Assembly: GCA_016933055.1 (NCBI GenBank)
Contig: JAFGBS010000009.1
Coordinates: 780,001 to 812,000 of the forward strand
Length of the DNA stretch: 32,000 nucleotides
From: Promethearchaeota archaeon
Lineage (GTDB): Archaea; Asgardarchaeota; Lokiarchaeia; Sigyniarchaeales; Promethearchaeaceae
Reading direction: 5' to 3'
The position numbers were made by a program, and so were the translations under genes. Positions 27,840 through 32,000 of the stretch are shown here, piece after piece. Each line of letters starts with the position of its first letter. Position 1 is the first letter of the stretch. Below the pieces are notes generated by a model, which was not told where the DNA came from, made no database searches, and saw only the letters and a list, made by a program, of their open reading frames with translations.

Positions 27840-28610
27840 GTGGTTTTAGGCTTAACAAATGCACAGATCCAAACTTTTGTGATTAATGGTTCAATATTGA
27901 TTTTCATATTGATAATTGGGAGTAGTGTTCTACGAAGAAATCCCAATAGCCGATTGAATCGATCATTTTTCTTATTTTATTTTTTTGTTGCGTTTGGTTT
28001 ATTGATAAATGTGGCATATCGATTGATAAATAAGGAGATATACATGGTTTGGATGAATCGGATTACATTATTCTTTTCCACCTTTGGAATAATATTTCTC
28101 CTCTTTTTTAATATCATCATTTTTCAAAGTGAACAAGTGTTTACGAGGAAGAAACAATGGTTATATACCATATTATGGTTCATTGCTTGTTCGGGCATTC
28201 TCTGGTTAGATTTGGAAAATGGAGTCAAATGGGATTATAATCCTAATAAGCCTGGTATTGATCCACTCTATTTAAATCCCGGGTCTGCAGGGGTCCCAGT
28301 CTACAGTACATTATTCACAGTATATGCGCTCATTCTTGCTCAAGGATTATTTATTATCATCATCATTCTTGTTGCACGAATCATACGAAAATTTGGCGAT
28401 AAAAAATTACGACGAAAATATATCAGTTCCTTTGTTGCGATCATGTTATTTGATTGGATTCTTGTAGGTAACCTGATTAACAACTGGAGTATTGTCCAAG
28501 ATGCATATGCTTTCTCGCCAATGCCATTTAGCACGGTTTTCCTATATACAAGTGTATTAGTCATTCCTGCGGTCTTACTATTGTGGTATGGAATAAGAAA
28601 GAGAGATTAA
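27840..28610 (+). CDS. About 7-TM membrane protein resembling a stand-alone histidine-kinase N-terminal 7TM sensor domain
   Basis: Seven hydrophobic segments, RRNPNSRLNRSFFLF after TM1; no cytoplasmic output domain. Confidence 0.65.
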   Translation: MVLGLTNAQIQTFVINGSILIFILIIGSSVLRRNPNSRLNRSFFLFYFFVAFGLLINVAYRLINKEIYMVWMNRITLFFSTFGIIFLLFFNIIIFQSEQVFTRKKQWLYTILWFIACSGILWLDLENGVKWDYNPNKPGIDPLYLNPGSAGVPVYSTLFTVYALILAQGLFIIIIILVARIIRKFGDKKLRRKYISSFVAIMLFDWILVGNLINNWSIVQDAYAFSPMPFSTVFLYTSVLVIPAVLLLWYGIRKRD

Positions 28611-28830
28611 TCTACATTTGTTGAACCTAATCGCATTTTTTCTCATTTTTTTTCACATGACAGATGTATAAAGGGGTAACTATACTGTACAATGGACGTT
28701 TAGTTAGCAATTCTGATGATTGCATCCAAAAATCGATTTTTGGATGGATTCTAGGGGGAATGGGAGAAGACCGCACAGTACTAAGAAGAAAAAATGGAAA
28801 ATTTTACCGATTAGCTTCGGTAAAAAAAGA
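28611..28830 (+). mobile_element. 220-bp MITE-like non-autonomous element, copy B (TTAA direct repeats at 28607-28610 and 28831-28834)
   Basis: Starts TCTACATTTGTTGAACCTAATCG, ends CCGATTAGCTTCGGTAAAAAAAGA; the first 28 and last 30 nt are identical to the reverse complement of copy A. Confidence 0.85.
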
Positions 28831-28834
28831 TTAA

Positions 28835-29309
28835 CCTTATTTTCCATTCTCTAAACTTTTTTGTTTCATACTCTGATTCTGCGAACAACGAAATTCCCCC
28901 CCTCCAATTATCACTGGAACAATAAATATTATAAATTCATAAATTACGTTTAACTTTAGAAAAGATTTATTGATTTTCGCTCCTCATAACAACTTTATAT
29001 CTTTTTTTGATCTCAAATTTTTTAGAACCTCTGGGGTTTCATTTACGAACTTAACCTTTTCATGCTTCAATTTGGGATTCTGAGAAAGGACATAAATAAT
29101 TTTCCCCTCGCAATAATCAAAAAAATCTGGATATGTATGATATTCTTAATATGTCCTATTTCCTATTACTACAGCACTGATATTTTCAAGAAAATTAGCA
29201 AACCATTTGTTTTTACCCTCATTGAAAGGATCCAAAAATCGACAGATCCGTTTTCTCGAACAATATACCTATCGAGAGTACATGCAATTGATGGTATTCC
29301 TTTTACCAA
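28835..29309 (-). pseudogene. Dihydrofolate reductase-like (RibD C-terminal) pseudogene
   Basis: Reconstructed: SIACTLDRYIVRENGSVDF/LDPFNE..FANFLENISAVVIGNRTY*EY..YVLSQNP..KDIKLL*GAKINKSFLKLNVIYEFIIFIVPVIIGG/GISLF. Frameshifts in the A5 run 29234-29238 and C7 run 28896-28902; stops at 29146-29148 and 28984-28986. Confidence 0.85.
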
Positions 29310-29408
29310 AACAAACAAGGTTGGGATATAGTTTATGTTTTTTTGGTGGAAACTTAAAAAGATGAGAATTGATTAATAATGTATTACTTAAAATAAGAGA
29401 AACCTATT

Positions 29409-29843
29409 ATGCCGCGATTTGGAAGAAAAATAATTAGAGGACCTAGATTCTTAAGAGGTCCCTCAATAATAAGACCTTTTGTAAGATCCTATCCACGACG
29501 AATCTTTCGCTTAACACGAAGAATTTTATTCGGTTCATGGATTTACTTGATGATAGCCGGAAGTTCTAGACCATATAAATTATATCCTCAAGAAGTAGAA
29601 GAAATCGAGAAGCAATCAGGGAAATCTGCAGAAGATATGACAGAAGATGAACTACGCGCATCAATGAATAAGCTAAACATCGAAAACCGGGAAATTTCCG
29701 ATGAAGAATATCATCGGATCAATGAAATAAATGGAAAACCTACTTCAAATGTGAAGACAGCATTATATTGCAGTTACTGTGGATCAGAATTAGCGGATCC
29801 AAATGGAAAATATTGCAGTAATTGTGGATCTAAAGTTAACTGA
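29409..29843 (+). CDS. Small protein with Arg-rich N-terminus and C-terminal double zinc ribbon
   Basis: YCSYCG...KYCSNCGSK at the C-terminus; central acidic helical segment. Confidence 0.8.
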   Translation: MPRFGRKIIRGPRFLRGPSIIRPFVRSYPRRIFRLTRRILFGSWIYLMIAGSSRPYKLYPQEVEEIEKQSGKSAEDMTEDELRASMNKLNIENREISDEEYHRINEINGKPTSNVKTALYCSYCGSELADPNGKYCSNCGSKVN

Positions 29844-30083
29844 CTTCTAAATTTCTCTCATATTTTTTCGTACCTATCGAATGAAGAAGAATAAATGATA
29901 CCAACGGGTAGAAACGTGCAGTTCCTAGTTCCAATCTTGTTTTTTGCTTTCGAACTACGCTTTCAAGACTATCAATCAACTAACTTCAACTGTGGGATAG
30001 TTTTGAAAGTATAGGGATTGTCTATACCCTATTCGTGCCTATTATATACGTTCCTAGATCTTGATATTAAATTAAATTCTGGT

Positions 30084-31268
30084 CTATTTTTTTATACCCA
30101 TTGCAGTTTGAATAAGTTTCCCCTTCACTTGTTTTGCCAATTTCTTAGACAATATCGTAAGAGATTTCAAATCTGTTGGAAAATTTGTGAGTAATTCATA
30201 CCCGGAAGATGTTATTAATACTGTGTCGGAATGGCGGAATCCTCCCAATTCTGGCATATAGATACCAGGTTCAATACTAACAACCATGTTTTCTTCTAAC
30301 TCTGTTTTGCTTCCTCGCGCAAGATATGGTCCTTCATGATTGTCTTGACCAATTCCATGCCCCGTGCGGTGAAGGATATTGTGATTATATCCCTTTTCCA
30401 CTAAAAAGTCATAAGTCGCCTTATCCACATCATGGCAAGATACACCGGGTCGGAGCATACTTAATGCAATTTGACGAGCACTAAGCATATCATTGAAGAT
30501 TACTTTTTCTTTAGGGGTAGGTTTTGATACAAAAAAGGTCCTTTCACATTCAGCAGCATATCCATTAATCCGCAAATAGCTCATTGCTACACAAGGCCCT
30601 TTTTTGAGTACACCATATACGGGAGGAATACTATGGGGTTTGGCACTATGTGGTGCAGGCCAGTTTGCTGATAAGAATGAGCTAGCTAATGGATCATATT
30701 TTCCCGATTTAATTAGTTTTAATTGAATCTTTCTGGATAGCCCAAATAACTCCAGAACAGATACTCCATAATAGGAATTTGTCATTATCAATCTCATCAG
30801 CTCATCTGAATGGTGGGCTGTGTTTCGGATCATCTTCAACTCATTGGAACTTTTAATTAAGCGCAATCCTCCCACCATATCTATCGCTTTAAGATTGTAT
30901 TTGGATAGAAGCTGTTGCATTTCTATCCTCATCCCTGGCTCAATTCCAACCTCATTTCCCGGTTTAAGTATATCGTATAATTTTTCCCCCCATCCCTCTC
31001 CCCTAGGAGCGGGGAACTCCCAGTACGATTTCACATCGCCTATTTTTGCTTTTCTCATATGTTCTTCTTCTAATTTCGGCACGAGGAATGTAGGGCTGCC
31101 CATTGACCAAATAATAATAAAGAAAGGTCTTTCTTGGGCTTCATATGATGCTCCCGTAAGATAATAAATACTATGTGGTTCCGTTACGAGAAAGGCATCA
31201 AGATTATGCACTTTCATTTGGATTTGCAGATTTTTTAACCGTTTCGTATAATCCGCTTCTGATATCAT
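30084..31268 (-). CDS. M24 (Xaa-Pro peptidase/creatinase) fold protein with altered metal ligands
   Basis: Creatinase-type N-domain (IYYLTG), HRTGHGIG, HEGP, SIEPGIY; ATG at 31268 preferred over GTG 31307. Confidence 0.9.
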   Translation of the reverse strand: MISEADYTKRLKNLQIQMKVHNLDAFLVTEPHSIYYLTGASYEAQERPFFIIIWSMGSPTFLVPKLEEEHMRKAKIGDVKSYWEFPAPRGEGWGEKLYDILKPGNEVGIEPGMRIEMQQLLSKYNLKAIDMVGGLRLIKSSNELKMIRNTAHHSDELMRLIMTNSYYGVSVLELFGLSRKIQLKLIKSGKYDPLASSFLSANWPAPHSAKPHSIPPVYGVLKKGPCVAMSYLRINGYAAECERTFFVSKPTPKEKVIFNDMLSARQIALSMLRPGVSCHDVDKATYDFLVEKGYNHNILHRTGHGIGQDNHEGPYLARGSKTELEENMVVSIEPGIYMPELGGFRHSDTVLITSSGYELLTNFPTDLKSLTILSKKLAKQVKGKLIQTAMGIKK

Positions 31269-31356
31269 AATTATGATTTTAGTCCTTCTACTATAAATTA
31301 GTTCCACACGGAATTTGTAAAGGAACAGAAATCCAAAAAAAAAGCATATTATCCTA

Positions 31357-32000
31357 TCATTTGATATCTAATTGTTCTAAAACATGATCAGCGATGAATT
31401 TGTTTTTCTTAGTGAGATTCATCTTATCAAATTGGGACTTATCTACTCCTCTGGGAAATTTGCATAATATAATACAATCTATTAACTGATCCCCTTTTTT
31501 CAGATGACCTGGATCATATCCTGCAACTATAAATTCTTGTTCCAAAGCGATTTTTTGATTTGATACTCCTTCTATGGTTGCGGGAATACGCCATTCAATA
31601 ACATTCCACCCCTTATAGGTTTCCATAAGAGATAAGAATGCCTTTTTTTGGATCAGCCCCAGTAATTTTACGTTTCCTTTGAAATAGTCTACCTTCACTG
31701 AGAAGTTTTCTTCGGTAAGTGATGCTTCTGATAGTAGTTCTAAGGTGTCGAATTTCATTTTTTTGTTAGTTCTCCTCATGAGATCATAAAAGGATACTAT
31801 GGATGGATGATTATAGAGAACCACATTATTCGAGCGTTTTTTCCAAAAATCATTTAGAGGGACAAAAAATAACACCACAGCTTCTTTTTTTCCTGAAGTA
31901 TAGGGAACGCCCGTACTCGGATTATAATTACGTTTATCTGCATAATTATTGTAATTTGGCACAAATCCGATGGAGACACAACCAATGGTATTTGAAACCA
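31357..32000 (-). CDS. 3' part of a hypothetical protein (5' end beyond the window), weakly GNAT-like C-terminus
   Basis: The frame stays open from the called GTG at 31962 to the window edge (VSNTIGCVSIGFVPNY...). The C-terminus SNQKIALEQEFIVAGYDPGHLKKGDQLIDCIILCK resembles the end of a GNAT fold. Confidence 0.7.
   Translation of the reverse strand, partial: VSNTIGCVSIGFVPNYNNYADKRNYNPSTGVPYTSGKKEAVVLFFVPLNDFWKKRSNNVVLYNHPSIVSFYDLMRRTNKKMKFDTLELLSEASLTEENFSVKVDYFKGNVKLLGLIQKKAFLSLMETYKGWNVIEWRIPATIEGVSNQKIALEQEFIVAGYDPGHLKKGDQLIDCIILCKFPRGVDKSQFDKMNLTKKNKFIADHVLEQLDIK

Noticed and set aside
29062-29331. 89-aa + strand ORF
   Set aside because: Antisense shadow of the DHFR-like pseudogene, which has clear family motifs on the minus strand.
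1403-31164. Numerous 62-114 aa ORFs nested in or antisense to long genes (e.g. 1403-1636, 7832-8143, 16604-16864, 19383-19682, 26485-26787, 30820-31164)
   Set aside because: Fully overlap well-supported CDSs and show no motifs; expected shadow ORFs.

Overview
AT-rich, gene-dense window that is most likely chromosomal DNA of an Asgard archaeon (Lokiarchaeia/Promethearchaeota-like). This is inferred from a 23-aa-period LRR protein, a Loki-CTERM-like sorting tail, Lrp/AsnC and double-wHTH regulators and an archaeal Mre11-type nuclease; it was not confirmed by a search. About 25 CDS are present, mostly housekeeping/metabolic (nadE, dus, ABC-2 exporter, hydrolases, SNF2/RapA-like ATPase), plus two pseudogenes missed or mis-called by the ORF track (NosD/CTERM remnant, DHFR/RibD-like). 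No rRNA, tRNA, CRISPR array, transposase or integrase was recognised. Highlights: (1) two ~87% identical copies of a 220-221 bp non-coding element (5275-5495 and 28611-28830, opposite orientation), each flanked by TTAA direct repeats, with imperfect 23-bp terminal inverted repeats, both sitting exactly on the GAT-TAA (Asp-stop) end of a gene; (2) a 295-aa protein made of six exact-length 37-aa helical repeats; (3) three enzymes with eroded catalytic motifs (radical SAM, GH20, M24); (4) operator-like palindromes and a long imperfect inverted repeat at the left edge.
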